Notes: generated from the sequence alone by a model not told the origin. Shown: positions 6,050 to 16,720, counted from the first letter of the stretch. The stretch is 26,266 bases of DNA from a virus (IMGVR_UViG_3300000547_000001:1915-28180), one strand, 5' to 3'. A program made the numbers and translations.

Positions 6050-9000
6050 TTAGCCTTTAGATTTTAATTGTTCAATTTCAGATTTTAATTCTTTAATAGC
6101 TTCAATAAGAAGAGGTATAAGCTTTTCATACTTAACTGTTAAATAATCCTCTTCAACATGCTCTTCATAGCTAATTGGCGCTTTTGTTACAATTTCTGGT
6201 AAAATTGCTTGAACCTCTTGTGCACTGACACCTACTTGAAGTTCATTTGTATAGCCAAGATTTTGAGCAGTTTCATTTGGAGTGTAGTAATATCCATTAA
6301 GTGAATTTACTTTATTTAATGCATTATTTATTGTACCTTTAAAATCTTTCAGTCTTGCATCAGAATAGAAAGCTGTGATATCACCAGTTGCACGAATTTC
6401 ACCACCTGTGGGAGCAGCCGTACCTACACCAAGACCAACTGTTTGGAATGTACCAGTTGTAACATCATTTGCATCTGCACGTACAAATTGAGTGCTGTTA
6501 AGACCATCAAGCAATTCAGAATCAGCAGCTTTCGCCGAAATCCCAAGGAATCTTGTGTCCAGATCTACTGTTCCAATAGAAGTGATGTGACCAAATCCAT
6601 CAACAGTAATATCTTCTACTACTACTCCATTTCCAGCCCCGCCGTAGGATCCGCTTAATGTAGACGTATCAGAGTGCGAAACTGTAACAGTTTCATTAGA
6701 TGCCTGATTAAGAGTAAATACACCACTTCCGGTTAATCCAGAACCAGTTGCAATTGTAATAGATGCATCATTTGGAGTAGGAAGGTTACCTGAGTGGAAT
6801 AGAGTTCTTTGTACACCACTGTTGTCTTCTACTGACCAATCATTCGCAGTATCATCCCACATAAGTGTTCTGTATACATTTGAATTATCATCATAGAAAT
6901 TGATAATGGAATCACCACCACCATTTTGTCCTACTTGAACCAATCCATTAACTGTAAGATTTCCGGTAATGGTATCACCAGATGCATTAACATATCTCGA
7001 ATCAGATTCACTTGTAGTATAGAAATCAAGAGCTCTTGTTGTTGCAGCTGTTACGTGTCCAAATCCATCATAAGAAAGACTGCTAATAACATTCTTTCCA
7101 GATGTTGAAGTATCTGTAATTGACGAAGTGTCAGCATGTGCTAAAGTAATTGTCTCATTCGATGTTTGGTTGGTTGTAAAATTGCCACCAGTAACAAGAC
7201 CACTTCCTGCACTAATAGTAATTGTAGCATTGCCGATAGTAGGTGGATTAGTAATGTCATTATAATTAATGTCGCCAGTTAAGGTCCCGGCGCTTACAGT
7301 TCCTGTTGTAGTAAATCCACCTGCAGTAATTGTTCCGTCAGCATTTACGTTACCTGTACCGAGAATTTGGAAAACAGAATCACTACTGTTTGGTGTATCG
7401 GTTATATCAACGGATGTTCCGGTAGCATTTGCTCTAAATTCAGCAATAACATCAATTGATTCACCATCACCTGCAACAATTAGTGCAGGAGTATTGGTTC
7501 CGTCTTCAATGTTTTTAACAATCTTTGCAGCTGCGCTTCCTGCAGTGGTTGATTGTAGAATCGTCGTATTAGCAAAAGTTTTAAAACCGCTAATTGTTTG
7601 ATTAGTTGTTTGTCTTACATAACGAGTATCAAGATTTGTTGAACCAAGAGCTGTTATATGACCATATGTGTCAAGAGTAATGTCTTGAATTACATTACCA
7701 TTTGAATTATTAACACTTGCTTGAGTAGACGTATCGGCATGTGAAACTGTCGCTGTTGCCCCAACACCTGATCCAGAAACGCTAATTCCTGCTCCCGCCG
7801 CAACTGTTTCAACATAATCCCCAGTAGTATCTGTGCCAAGTATAATAGATCCACTATTAAGATTTGCATTAATAGTTATATTTTGTGATCCATCAAAGGT
7901 TGCAGAGCCAGTTAATGCTCCTCCAAGTGTAATCGATCTAGCAAACTGAAGTTTTGAAGCAGTAGAAGCATTACCAGAAAGACTTCCAATAAATGAACTT
8001 GCTACAAGGCTTTGAGAACCAAGTGTCCAACGATCCGCCGTTTCATCCCAAAGGAAGCTTACATTAGTAGATGTTCCTCGTTCTATTTCAAATCCAGCAT
8101 TTTGTGAAGGTGTACCTGTTTCATCAGAATTTAAAAGAAGAATATTGTCGCCAATATTTACTTCATTAGTGTTAATAGTTGTAGTTGTACCTTCGACGAG
8201 AAGATTGCCAGATACAACAACATCTTCACTTACTGTAACACTGTTGAAAGTAACATCTGATGTGGTTGCAACTGCTTGACCAATAGAAATTGTAGGTGTA
8301 GCACCTTCACCACTATTATTCGTAATTGTAACGCCAGTACCTTGTACTAAACTTTGAACATAGGCACCAGTTGTATCAGTACCGAGAACAACAGAGTTTG
8401 GTTGAATTGCTGTTAAAATAGAAATTGAACCATTGGCTAAATCTGTAAGTGTAGCACTCGAAGAACCAACTACATCACCACTAAGGGCAACACTTATAGT
8501 TGGATCAGGTTTATTGGCTACATTGGTCCAATCGAGAGTACCAATAAAGTTGCCGGCATACACATTATCCCATTGAGCAGCACTACTACCAAGATCATAG
8601 GTAAGAGTTGCTTGTGGTAAAATATTAGAAATAACAGTGGCACCTGGCACAAGTTCGAACGTATCAGTAACCGAAAATACCTGAACATCAGATTCTGCAA
8701 GAGATAGCGTTACATTACTTGAAAAAGATGTATTTCCAAGAACAGTTAAATCACCTTGTACAACTAAATCAGATTGATTTAGTTGATCACCAACAACAGT
8801 TAAAGTGCTGTTAAGAGTTGCGTCTGAGTTTACAATAAGGTCATCAGCACTATTTACACCTATTGTAAATGTATCAATATTTGCAGTAAATGTGTTAGCG
8901 GTGAATGTAGAATTAGCACCCACAATAAGATCAGTTGTAGCTACGTTTGCATAAAGACCAGCAAATTTTGCATTACCATTTACAGTAACTCTTCCGCTAT

Positions 9001-10744
9001 GTGTTGTATTAGCAGAAACGTTAAGTGTATTTGTTGTAATACTTGTTCCAGTACCTGTTATATTTGTATTTGTAGAATTGATTACAGTGTTTGTTGATGT
9101 AATGCTTACATTACCAATAGCTGTTAATGGTCCTGTAATACTAGTCGCACCAGTAATATCTGTTGCGGAGTTAATATCAACTGTTGCCCCATTAAATGTT
9201 GTATTTGATCCAACAGTCATAGAAGGACCAGTAATAGTCAAGGTACTATTAAGATCCACTGTAGATCCGGTAACACTGGTATTAGCATTAACTACAAAGG
9301 AAGTACCATCAATTGTAGTACTTGCATTTACATCTAATAGTGAACCAGTTACAGATGCAGATCCAATAATATCTGTATTAGATCCGGTGATTGTAGTATT
9401 AGCAGCAATTTCGAGTGTAGATCCGGTAACAGTTGTATTAGCTGCAACATCAAAATCAGTACCGGTAAACGATGCAGAACCAACTACTGTAGTTATGCCA
9501 TTAATATTTACATTAGATGCATTTACAGTTGTATTAGCATTAATTATTGCATTTGTGCCAGATGCTGTAACATCACCATTTAAGCCAATTGTAGAACCAA
9601 TAATTGATGTATTGGCATTAACAGTAAGTGATGTGCCATCAACAGTTGTTGCATCTGAATTAATATCTAATAGTGAACCAGTTACAGATGCAGATCCAAT
9701 AATATCAGTATTTGTTCCAGTAATTGTTGTATTACCAGTAAGAGCAATTGTAGATCCGTCAATTGTCGTATTTGCGTTAACATCAAGATTTGTGCCGGTA
9801 ACTACGGTTGTTCCTGTTACAGTAGTGTGACCCACAATGTTAACATTCGAACCAGTAATTGTCGTATTTGCATTAACATCTACTGTTGTGCCGTTAACAG
9901 TTGTGTTTGCATTAATGGTAGAAGTTGTGCCACTAACAGTTGTATTACCAGCAACATCGATCGCAGTACTATTAACATCAACAAAAGCAACATTTGCAAT
10001 TGCTGTATTTGATATTAATGTAAGATCAGAAAGAGTGGCAACAACAGCATCCGAAGTTACATCAATAGCTGTAGAATTTACAGAAACGGTGTTTGAATTA
10101 ATAGTAATGTCTTGAGCCGTATGGGTAAATGTTGTACCATTAAATGTCGCAGTAGTGTAATCTACATCTATTGCTGTTACGTTAGCTGTAAGTGCAGCTG
10201 CAGTGATTGTAGAATTAGCAGTAATATCAAGATCAGTTGTGTGGATGTTAAGAATAGCGCCATCAACTGTTGAATTAGAAGATAGATTAAATGTATTTGC
10301 TGTAATATCAAATAATGCTGATGTTGTAGTAATATTACCAAATGTAGCTGCAAAGTTTTTAGTTGCCCCGCCATCCATTGTAACGTTAGAGGAAATTACT
10401 ACATTATTTGCGTCGACGTTAAGTAAATTAGTATTGGCTTGTACATCAATAAGATTAGACTGCTGAAATACGGTATTTGTTGTGACTACAAGATTTGCCG
10501 GTGTGCTTACCGTTCCGCCACGAAGTGCATCAGTTGCAACAAGAGTATTAGCAGAAGAAAAGCCTTCAACATGAGTATTTCCTGTTACTGCAGCACCATT
10601 TGTAGTATTTGGCTGTGCAACAGGCCCAGCTGTAAGAACAACGGTTCCCATGTCATAAACAAGTTGATTGGTTTTGTTAATCCAACCGCTAAAAGAATCT
10701 GTGGTAATTTCTACATTAGCACCAAGATATGTTGTTTTTGCCAT
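6050..10744 (-). CDS. Long tail fibre protein with C-terminal Peptidase S74 intramolecular chaperone (1564 aa)
   Basis: N-terminal TDSFSGWINKTNQL attachment-like motif, T/G/N/V-rich beta repeats, fibre modules (GNLLVEGTTTTINT...NAGFEIERG..TNVSFLWDE; ASTASKLQFARSITL.G..TGSATFDGS). C-terminus FYSDARLK...ALNKVNSLNGYYY...GVSAQEVQAILPE.V...YLTVKYEKLIPLLIEAIKELK = S74 chaperone. Confidence 0.92.
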   Translation of the reverse strand: MAKTTYLGANVEITTDSFSGWINKTNQLVYDMGTVVLTAGPVAQPNTTNGAAVTGNTHVEGFSSANTLVATDALRGGTVSTPANLVVTTNTVFQQSNLIDVQANTNLLNVDANNVVISSNVTMDGGATKNFAATFGNITTTSALFDITANTFNLSSNSTVDGAILNIHTTDLDITANSTITAAALTANVTAIDVDYTTATFNGTTFTHTAQDITINSNTVSVNSTAIDVTSDAVVATLSDLTLISNTAIANVAFVDVNSTAIDVAGNTTVSGTTSTINANTTVNGTTVDVNANTTITGSNVNIVGHTTVTGTTVVTGTNLDVNANTTIDGSTIALTGNTTITGTNTDIIGSASVTGSLLDINSDATTVDGTSLTVNANTSIIGSTIGLNGDVTASGTNAIINANTTVNASNVNINGITTVVGSASFTGTDFDVAANTTVTGSTLEIAANTTITGSNTDIIGSASVTGSLLDVNASTTIDGTSFVVNANTSVTGSTVDLNSTLTITGPSMTVGSNTTFNGATVDINSATDITGATSITGPLTAIGNVSITSTNTVINSTNTNITGTGTSITTNTLNVSANTTHSGRVTVNGNAKFAGLYANVATTDLIVGANSTFTANTFTANIDTFTIGVNSADDLIVNSDATLNSTLTVVGDQLNQSDLVVQGDLTVLGNTSFSSNVTLSLAESDVQVFSVTDTFELVPGATVISNILPQATLTYDLGSSAAQWDNVYAGNFIGTLDWTNVANKPDPTISVALSGDVVGSSSATLTDLANGSISILTAIQPNSVVLGTDTTGAYVQSLVQGTGVTITNNSGEGATPTISIGQAVATTSDVTFNSVTVSEDVVVSGNLLVEGTTTTINTNEVNIGDNILLLNSDETGTPSQNAGFEIERGTSTNVSFLWDETADRWTLGSQSLVASSFIGSLSGNASTASKLQFARSITLGGALTGSATFDGSQNITINANLNSGSIILGTDTTGDYVETVAAGAGISVSGSGVGATATVSHADTSTQASVNNSNGNVIQDITLDTYGHITALGSTNLDTRYVRQTTNQTISGFKTFANTTILQSTTAGSAAAKIVKNIEDGTNTPALIVAGDGESIDVIAEFRANATGTSVDITDTPNSSDSVFQILGTGNVNADGTITAGGFTTTGTVSAGTLTGDINYNDITNPPTIGNATITISAGSGLVTGGNFTTNQTSNETITLAHADTSSITDTSTSGKNVISSLSYDGFGHVTAATTRALDFYTTSESDSRYVNASGDTITGNLTVNGLVQVGQNGGGDSIINFYDDNSNVYRTLMWDDTANDWSVEDNSGVQRTLFHSGNLPTPNDASITIATGSGLTGSGVFTLNQASNETVTVSHSDTSTLSGSYGGAGNGVVVEDITVDGFGHITSIGTVDLDTRFLGISAKAADSELLDGLNSTQFVRADANDVTTGTFQTVGLGVGTAAPTGGEIRATGDITAFYSDARLKDFKGTINNALNKVNSLNGYYYTPNETAQNLGYTNELQVGVSAQEVQAILPEIVTKAPISYEEHVEEDYLTVKYEKLIPLLIEAIKELKSEIEQLKSKG
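9120..9960 (-). repeat. Degenerate 13-aa (39-nt) repeat array in the tail fibre, consensus about NANTT(V/I)xGxx(V/L)D(I/V)
   Basis: NANTTVNGTTVDV, NANTTITGSNVNI, NANTTIDGSTIAL, TGNTTITGTNTDI, IGSASVTGSLLDI, AANTTVTGSTLEI etc. Includes an exact 42-nt duplication at 9332-9373 and 9665-9706. Confidence 0.85.
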
Positions 10745-10752
10745 CTTTTCTT

Positions 10753-10956
10753 TTACCTATTCGTAAGTTCTTTTAAAAGAGACTTAATCTCTTGCAAATC
10801 TTTTTTAATTTCATCGACTTCATTTTCTACCTTAGACAATCTATCTTGCCTATTTTTTTCCATTTTGCGTCTTTGTAAGGCTCCAATATTATTATTTATT
10901 AGAGCCTTACTGTTAATATCTCTTGCAAAATTTTTATCTTCAGTTTGTACTTTCAT
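10753..10956 (-). CDS. Small conserved coiled-coil protein (67 aa)
   Basis: F.RD.NSKALIN.N followed by heptads RLSKVENEVDEIKKDLQEIKSLLKEL. I recognise this pattern from the gene following DUF4815 proteins in T4-like cyanophage-type genomes. Flanking gaps of 1 and 8 nt. Confidence 0.8.
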   Translation of the reverse strand: MKVQTEDKNFARDINSKALINNNIGALQRRKMEKNRQDRLSKVENEVDEIKKDLQEIKSLLKELTNR

Positions 10957-10957
10957 T

Positions 10958-13900
10958 TTATGTTAATGCTATAGATCTTATGTTTTTAATTCGCGGCACA
11001 TTTTTATGACTTGTTGAAAGCATAACAATCTTAATAGCAAAAGACTTGTAATTATCGTATATTGTTCCATCTGGAGAAATGTATCTAATTACATCATTGT
11101 TATCACTATTAAGTGCTGCTCCACCTCCTGCTACAAAATCACCACTTGGTTGTGAAGGAATATAAAATTCAAATTCCCTATAGTCAAATCTATCTGATTC
11201 GGTTGAAAACAAATTAGTTTCATTTTTTAGAAGCAATTCTGTCCATTCAATAGTATTGAAGTCACGAGGATCAACTAGATTTTTAAATCTAATGTATACT
11301 TTTATGTCAGTGGCCGGCGGTCTATATGCAGTCATATATAGACGAAGATCATCTGCATCAAACCCATCTCCTAAAATAATACGCTTACTTATATATTTAC
11401 TTTCTGCAGGACCATTTTCTGTCCCATCTAGCTCAGTTACCGAACCATCATCAACAATATTATTGATTTGATATCCATATGCCATAATTGAAGATATAGT
11501 ATGATCAACAAATGGAGATGCATCTTTTGCAGTAAACGGTGAAGTGTTTTCAAGGTCAATATTAATGCTTAAAGATTTTCCTGACCCATCAACAATCTCA
11601 TTAGATCTACTTTTAATAATAGTTGGATATTTTCTCAAGTAGTTGTTACTATTTGGAGACATATTAAAAGGTAATCCATCAGCATAAAGAGTTTCAGTAT
11701 TTTCATCAATAAGTCTATCTGCTGAAATATTATAGTTTGTGTAATCAAATGAAGTCACATAGAAATTTGTTTGAATATAACTAACTTTAAAATTATCAAC
11801 GCTAACTATATCTGCAGTTGCTCCACTAGATTCACCCATAAGCATGGTGTTAGCTTCAAAATAGTTTGCAGCAGTTATAGTTGTATTGGAAGTATCTAAA
11901 TAGTTATACGTTCCAGATCTTGCGTTTGAGTTATCGATATATATTTGTGATGGTGTATTTCTATCATAATACGTTACAGTACCAGATACTGTTTTAAAGA
12001 AAGTAGTATTTGTATTAGCATATTTAGGAGTTTCTTTTACAATAATTTCTGTATTAGAAACAACTTGATCAACTGTAAGTACATCAATAATAGTCGAATT
12101 AGCGTAATAAGCAAACTTATCATTGTTATTGAATACTGAAAGACCAGTACCGGTAATAGTTTTGCTATTAGTGCTAACTGAAACATTTCCATCAACATTT
12201 GCATTAACGACAAACATTTCTTCACCAACAATAAAGTCACCAGAAATATTATCTAACGTAAAGAATTCAGTATTTTTATTACTTAATTTCATTGCACCAT
12301 TATCAGCAAATTCAGCTTTATAAAGCGTAAATTTAATATTTTCATCCTGATAAGGAGTCCAGGCACTATCATTTGTAGATGTAAATAATGTACCGTCATG
12401 CGCATCTTGTGTTACAGCTGTTCCACTAATAGTATCACTTTCGCCGGATCGTGCAATCCAAATTCTATAATCTGGATCATTTGCATCAGGTTTTACGACA
12501 AAACAATACTCCACTTCAGCTTTAAGAGTAACTGGAGCTTTAAACGTAAATGTAGTTGCAACTGAGCCATCGGCTGATACGTTTACTTCATTGGAATTTA
12601 AATGTACTTTCGAAAATGGTACAGTTCTACTAGTAGGGAATCCATTTTCTGTCTCACGAATCTCAAATGTGACACCTCGCGTCGGAGATTTTTGATTAAA
12701 ATAGACATCAGCCTTTGTTAACATTACTACAGTATCATCAGTATGATTTAACTTAACAGTAAATGTTTGTGAAATAGGATCATCACCGCCACCGCCGTCG
12801 CCAGGTTCGAACCGCGCCTGTTCTTGTATGCCAGATGTCCTAGTTGGGGCTGCCACATTCGGCACAGGTTGAACCGGTGGTGGTGGTGGAACTGGAACAG
12901 ATTGTCTTACAGTATTAACAACAGTTCTCGTACTTGTATTTGTTCTACTAGAACTAGCAATATTAAATTCAGGTGTACGTGTAGTAACATTGATTCCACG
13001 TTTATCTACTTCAAAGTTAAATCCACGATATGTTATACTCGTAGAAGAAGAAAACGCTTCTTCTGATGTAAGATCATCTACATCAATAATTTTTAAAACT
13101 CTATCACCAACATAAAATGTTTCTTCTGGAATTCTAAAAATTGCAAAAATATTACCACTTGCATCAGTTGTGATAGGAGTCCCATATGGACCAGACAATG
13201 TCATATCTACGATATTGCTATTCGTGAGTTCTCCTGGAGCAACAAATTCATTAATGTCTTGTTGGTCAAAGTAGAAATAATGACGAGTATTTGGCTTTAG
13301 TCCTGCGGCAAATATTCTTATAGGTCTTGCACGTAAGAAAGGCTGAAATCTAAAGTCAGTAATAAAATTACCAACTTCTTGACGTGTGCTATTGCCTTCC
13401 TCTACTATTAGCTCATCATTACGTATTGTTTGACTTGTTCTAGTTGTTTGTGAATTAGTCGTAACAATTTGATTGCCAACCCTTTGAGAAGTAGAGCTGG
13501 CTCCTATTGTAGATGTTCTTGTACTAACCACACGGCTTTGCACAAGAGGAACAAACTGTGAAAGTCTATTAGTAAATTCTGTAAATGGTGTTGTAAGATC
13601 TACATCTATATTTAATGCCGGCGCCTGATTTGTATCATATGCACCATCATACTCAGGAAATATTTGAGCTTCGCCATTAAATTTATAAAAATCTGTAGTA
13701 CAGCTTCTAAAGCTTGTGCTATAAACTTGATCAATAAATGGATCTTCAGCAATAATTTCTAAGGTTGCAGCCTCCCCATGATTAGTCACATTAGACCAAG
13801 ATTCTGTAGAATATGGTACCATATCTAAAGCATGAAGCTTAAATTTTGGCGTAATTTCTTTTACAACTGGATCGATGCCTGCGTTAAAATCATCATTTTT

Positions 13901-16705
13901 AACATCAGCCGTACTAAAGTCTTCAAAATTATCTACAAATATTCCATTTTTAAATCTATCATTACCACTTGCATCAGTAATTAATAGATCCTTTGCATTA
14001 ATTTCTAACGCATTAAGGGCCGTATAGTACTCAATATTTTTAACGCGACGATCGATTTTTCCAATATCTTCCATTGTGTATCTTTTGTTCTCTTTCTTAA
14101 GAACAGTGACACCTAAATCACTTCTATCAGCTCTATCTGCAATAATTTTAGGAAGTGAAGGATAGACCGGAATATTAATTGTTGCCAAAACCATCCCTGT
14201 TGTAGGATTAGTCGGCGGCACAGGGTTTTCTGAAGGAGTACCTCTTAAAGATGAAAAGTTAGGTTCTTCATTAATGATAATAAGGTCTTTTCTAGCAAGA
14301 TAATATTCATAATCTGTTTCAAATTGCTCATTAGGTGTACTAATATACAACTCATTAGTACCAAAATTTAATGTACTACTTGGATTGATAGTCGCGCTTC
14401 CTTCGGTAGATGAATAAGAAGCAGTATTTTGACAATAAGGTCTAAAGTCAATAGTATTTCTAAGATCAAAAAGCTGACCAGTTTCAGAGGTGTATCTTGG
14501 AATTTGCTCAGTAGTAATAGCAGCAGTATTTGCTGTATTAGCATCATCAATTGGGTACGAATTAACAGTGAAGAATCCGTCACTAAATGAGCCTGATGTA
14601 TTTTTTCTAAAGACTTTAGCCTTAACAAGAATCTTATCAGTACCACTTAATATTAAAGAAGCTTTCTTTTTAATAGAAGAAAGACCATAGTGTGTATCTT
14701 TTTGGCCCGTATTAAAAGTAAAGCTTGTTTTTCTATCTGGATTAGACGTTGAATATGTCGATCCAACATAGATATTATCAATCTCATACACGTCTGGAAG
14801 ACCAAGAGAATATTCACCAACTGCTGTATTTGAAACGTTGTTTGAGCAATCAATTTTTACATAAACTGCTTCAAGATCTTTACCAGCTGGTTGAGAAGCA
14901 CTTTTCTTAACATTATAATAACCTATAACAGGAACACTTGATACTGGAGAAGAAAGGCCAGTAATTGAAAGTGTTGTTGTAGAAGTAACAGTAACCGTAG
15001 CACTAGTTAAATCTACTGGCTTACCATCTTCATATGGAGATTGATTAGCAGTAGTAATTAAAATAATATCTTTTTTCTGCGTATTATTAAGAGTCCCAGT
15101 ATAAGGCCATTCGCCCTCAGAAAGGGTAATATTAATATTACCACTAGTATCAATGTTAAGTGATTTATTAACAGTTCTAAAAATAAAATCAAGAACTTTA
15201 CCTGAGGCGGGAACTGATTTAATACCATCTCTTCCTACAGGAAATAAAGATCTAGCAAAAGATGGTTCAAAAATTTGATTGCTCACAAGATCTGCAACAC
15301 CATCATCTCCTGATCCTGTTCCAGGATAGTAAATAGAAAGAACTTCAGAAAAACTTTTTCCAGTATTCATTTGAATATCAAAAATATAAGCTCTATATTG
15401 CGCATCTGCATTTCCTATCGTGCCATCTTCATATAGGAAAGATCTAATTTTAGCTTCACCTATTTTATTTCCAGTTGGAGTACCAGGAACGGTGCCACCG
15501 GTGGCAGCATTTTGAGCAGTATCATAAAGATCAATAGTAGCTGCAATATTAGGATCAAAATTACCTAAAAATTCATCAACAACAATATACTGACCAATAT
15601 TTGTTGCAATTGATTGGTCTTCTTCTACTAGAAAATCAGTAGCCTTATCAATTTGTAAATCATATGTGTTAAGTAGTTCAATTCGTCTACCTTCAACATA
15701 TGCTGTACCAGCACCTACTAACACATCTAATTTTTCTGTATTTGCTGTATTTTGAGCAACATTAATTGGAAAATTTTTAACAGTGTAGTTTCCGGACTCT
15801 TCACGAGTTCTTTTATTCATTACTTCCATTAGACCGGAATATTCGGTGCTTTTGTTTCTTCTTACTACAGAACCTTTAACGTATTCTTGGATTGCAAAGA
15901 ATTTTTCATCTTTTTTAGCTTCAATAGAATTTTTTCTTACCAAAGTCGCAGTAAGTTTAAGTCTATCAGCCCCCGGCGCATTAAAGTTATTGAAACCATT
16001 AGCGTTATCAAGAAGAGATGTATCATTATTACTATTAATAATACTTTCGTTTACATCAAAACCTACCACGATGCGATCAGGATAATTTGTATATTTTGAA
16101 ACAATTTGAATTTGTTCTTCTACTCGAACAAAAAACCCTTTTTGATAAATGATACCATCACCAACTCTAACACCATATGCAGCTCCTACTGAATTTGATT
16201 CAGTGGATCCTGCTGCCACAACCGTAGCAATAAGTTCATTCGTAGAAAAATTGCGAATTTCAATGTTTTCAGTATCAGAAAACTCTTTTTCGCCGCTATT
16301 TCCGCTAGTAAGATATTTAACAAATATCGTATTTAAGTCAGGTGATTGTGTTTGTAGACCAGTTTCTACAATAACAATTTTAGCTTCAATTCCTGTAGTA
16401 ACACCAACTGCTCGAGCATCTAAATATGTACTCATAGAAACTGGCTGACCATTAGTCTGTAGGTCAAGGATTTTAATATATCCTAAATCTGGCACCTCGA
16501 CAAAATTGCACCCTTTAATAATTGTGCCTTCGCGAAGAATATTATCCCCAAATCTTTCAATTTGATTTTGAAGAATTGTCTGTAACTGAGTAAGCTCTCG
16601 TGCTTGTACTGCCACCGATGGCTTGAAAAGAACTCTGTGAAAGTTCTTTTCTTCATTAAAGTCATCAAAATATGGGGATACGTTTAGGTCTGTGTCAACT
16701 GCCAT
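10958..16705 (-). CDS. vrlC: DUF4815 / VrlC-like large virion structural protein (1915 aa)
   Basis: Diagnostic start TDLNVSPYFDDFNEEKNFHRVLFKP..AVQARELTQLQTILQNQIERFGDNI..EG. Also APGADRLK, KNIEYYTALNALE...DRFKNGIFVDNF, DPISQTF and C-terminal YKSFAIKIVM...NVPRIKNIRSIAL. Confidence 0.9.
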   Translation of the reverse strand: MAVDTDLNVSPYFDDFNEEKNFHRVLFKPSVAVQARELTQLQTILQNQIERFGDNILREGTIIKGCNFVEVPDLGYIKILDLQTNGQPVSMSTYLDARAVGVTTGIEAKIVIVETGLQTQSPDLNTIFVKYLTSGNSGEKEFSDTENIEIRNFSTNELIATVVAAGSTESNSVGAAYGVRVGDGIIYQKGFFVRVEEQIQIVSKYTNYPDRIVVGFDVNESIINSNNDTSLLDNANGFNNFNAPGADRLKLTATLVRKNSIEAKKDEKFFAIQEYVKGSVVRRNKSTEYSGLMEVMNKRTREESGNYTVKNFPINVAQNTANTEKLDVLVGAGTAYVEGRRIELLNTYDLQIDKATDFLVEEDQSIATNIGQYIVVDEFLGNFDPNIAATIDLYDTAQNAATGGTVPGTPTGNKIGEAKIRSFLYEDGTIGNADAQYRAYIFDIQMNTGKSFSEVLSIYYPGTGSGDDGVADLVSNQIFEPSFARSLFPVGRDGIKSVPASGKVLDFIFRTVNKSLNIDTSGNINITLSEGEWPYTGTLNNTQKKDIILITTANQSPYEDGKPVDLTSATVTVTSTTTLSITGLSSPVSSVPVIGYYNVKKSASQPAGKDLEAVYVKIDCSNNVSNTAVGEYSLGLPDVYEIDNIYVGSTYSTSNPDRKTSFTFNTGQKDTHYGLSSIKKKASLILSGTDKILVKAKVFRKNTSGSFSDGFFTVNSYPIDDANTANTAAITTEQIPRYTSETGQLFDLRNTIDFRPYCQNTASYSSTEGSATINPSSTLNFGTNELYISTPNEQFETDYEYYLARKDLIIINEEPNFSSLRGTPSENPVPPTNPTTGMVLATINIPVYPSLPKIIADRADRSDLGVTVLKKENKRYTMEDIGKIDRRVKNIEYYTALNALEINAKDLLITDASGNDRFKNGIFVDNFEDFSTADVKNDDFNAGIDPVVKEITPKFKLHALDMVPYSTESWSNVTNHGEAATLEIIAEDPFIDQVYSTSFRSCTTDFYKFNGEAQIFPEYDGAYDTNQAPALNIDVDLTTPFTEFTNRLSQFVPLVQSRVVSTRTSTIGASSTSQRVGNQIVTTNSQTTRTSQTIRNDELIVEEGNSTRQEVGNFITDFRFQPFLRARPIRIFAAGLKPNTRHYFYFDQQDINEFVAPGELTNSNIVDMTLSGPYGTPITTDASGNIFAIFRIPEETFYVGDRVLKIIDVDDLTSEEAFSSSTSITYRGFNFEVDKRGINVTTRTPEFNIASSSRTNTSTRTVVNTVRQSVPVPPPPPVQPVPNVAAPTRTSGIQEQARFEPGDGGGGDDPISQTFTVKLNHTDDTVVMLTKADVYFNQKSPTRGVTFEIRETENGFPTSRTVPFSKVHLNSNEVNVSADGSVATTFTFKAPVTLKAEVEYCFVVKPDANDPDYRIWIARSGESDTISGTAVTQDAHDGTLFTSTNDSAWTPYQDENIKFTLYKAEFADNGAMKLSNKNTEFFTLDNISGDFIVGEEMFVVNANVDGNVSVSTNSKTITGTGLSVFNNNDKFAYYANSTIIDVLTVDQVVSNTEIIVKETPKYANTNTTFFKTVSGTVTYYDRNTPSQIYIDNSNARSGTYNYLDTSNTTITAANYFEANTMLMGESSGATADIVSVDNFKVSYIQTNFYVTSFDYTNYNISADRLIDENTETLYADGLPFNMSPNSNNYLRKYPTIIKSRSNEIVDGSGKSLSINIDLENTSPFTAKDASPFVDHTISSIMAYGYQINNIVDDGSVTELDGTENGPAESKYISKRIILGDGFDADDLRLYMTAYRPPATDIKVYIRFKNLVDPRDFNTIEWTELLLKNETNLFSTESDRFDYREFEFYIPSQPSGDFVAGGGAALNSDNNDVIRYISPDGTIYDNYKSFAIKIVMLSTSHKNVPRIKNIRSIALT

Positions 16706-16720
16706 TTGTTCTTCTTACCT

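Noticed and set aside
9078-10466. Plus-strand ORFs of 250, 92 and 87 aa (also 7269-7601, 16149-16448 and other short plus-strand ORFs)
   Set aside because: Antisense shadows of T/V/G/N-rich minus-strand genes, whose codons lack reverse-strand stops; no RBS or domain support.
3962-10744. Diversity-generating retroelement acting on the fibre or tip protein
   Set aside because: Repeats found are exact rather than differing at adenines; no reverse transcriptase or template/variable pair seen in the window.
10893-10900. AATAAATA late-promoter-like octamer upstream of the tail fibre
   Set aside because: Inside the 67-aa coding region (L-I-N-N), imperfect consensus, expected by chance in AT-rich DNA.
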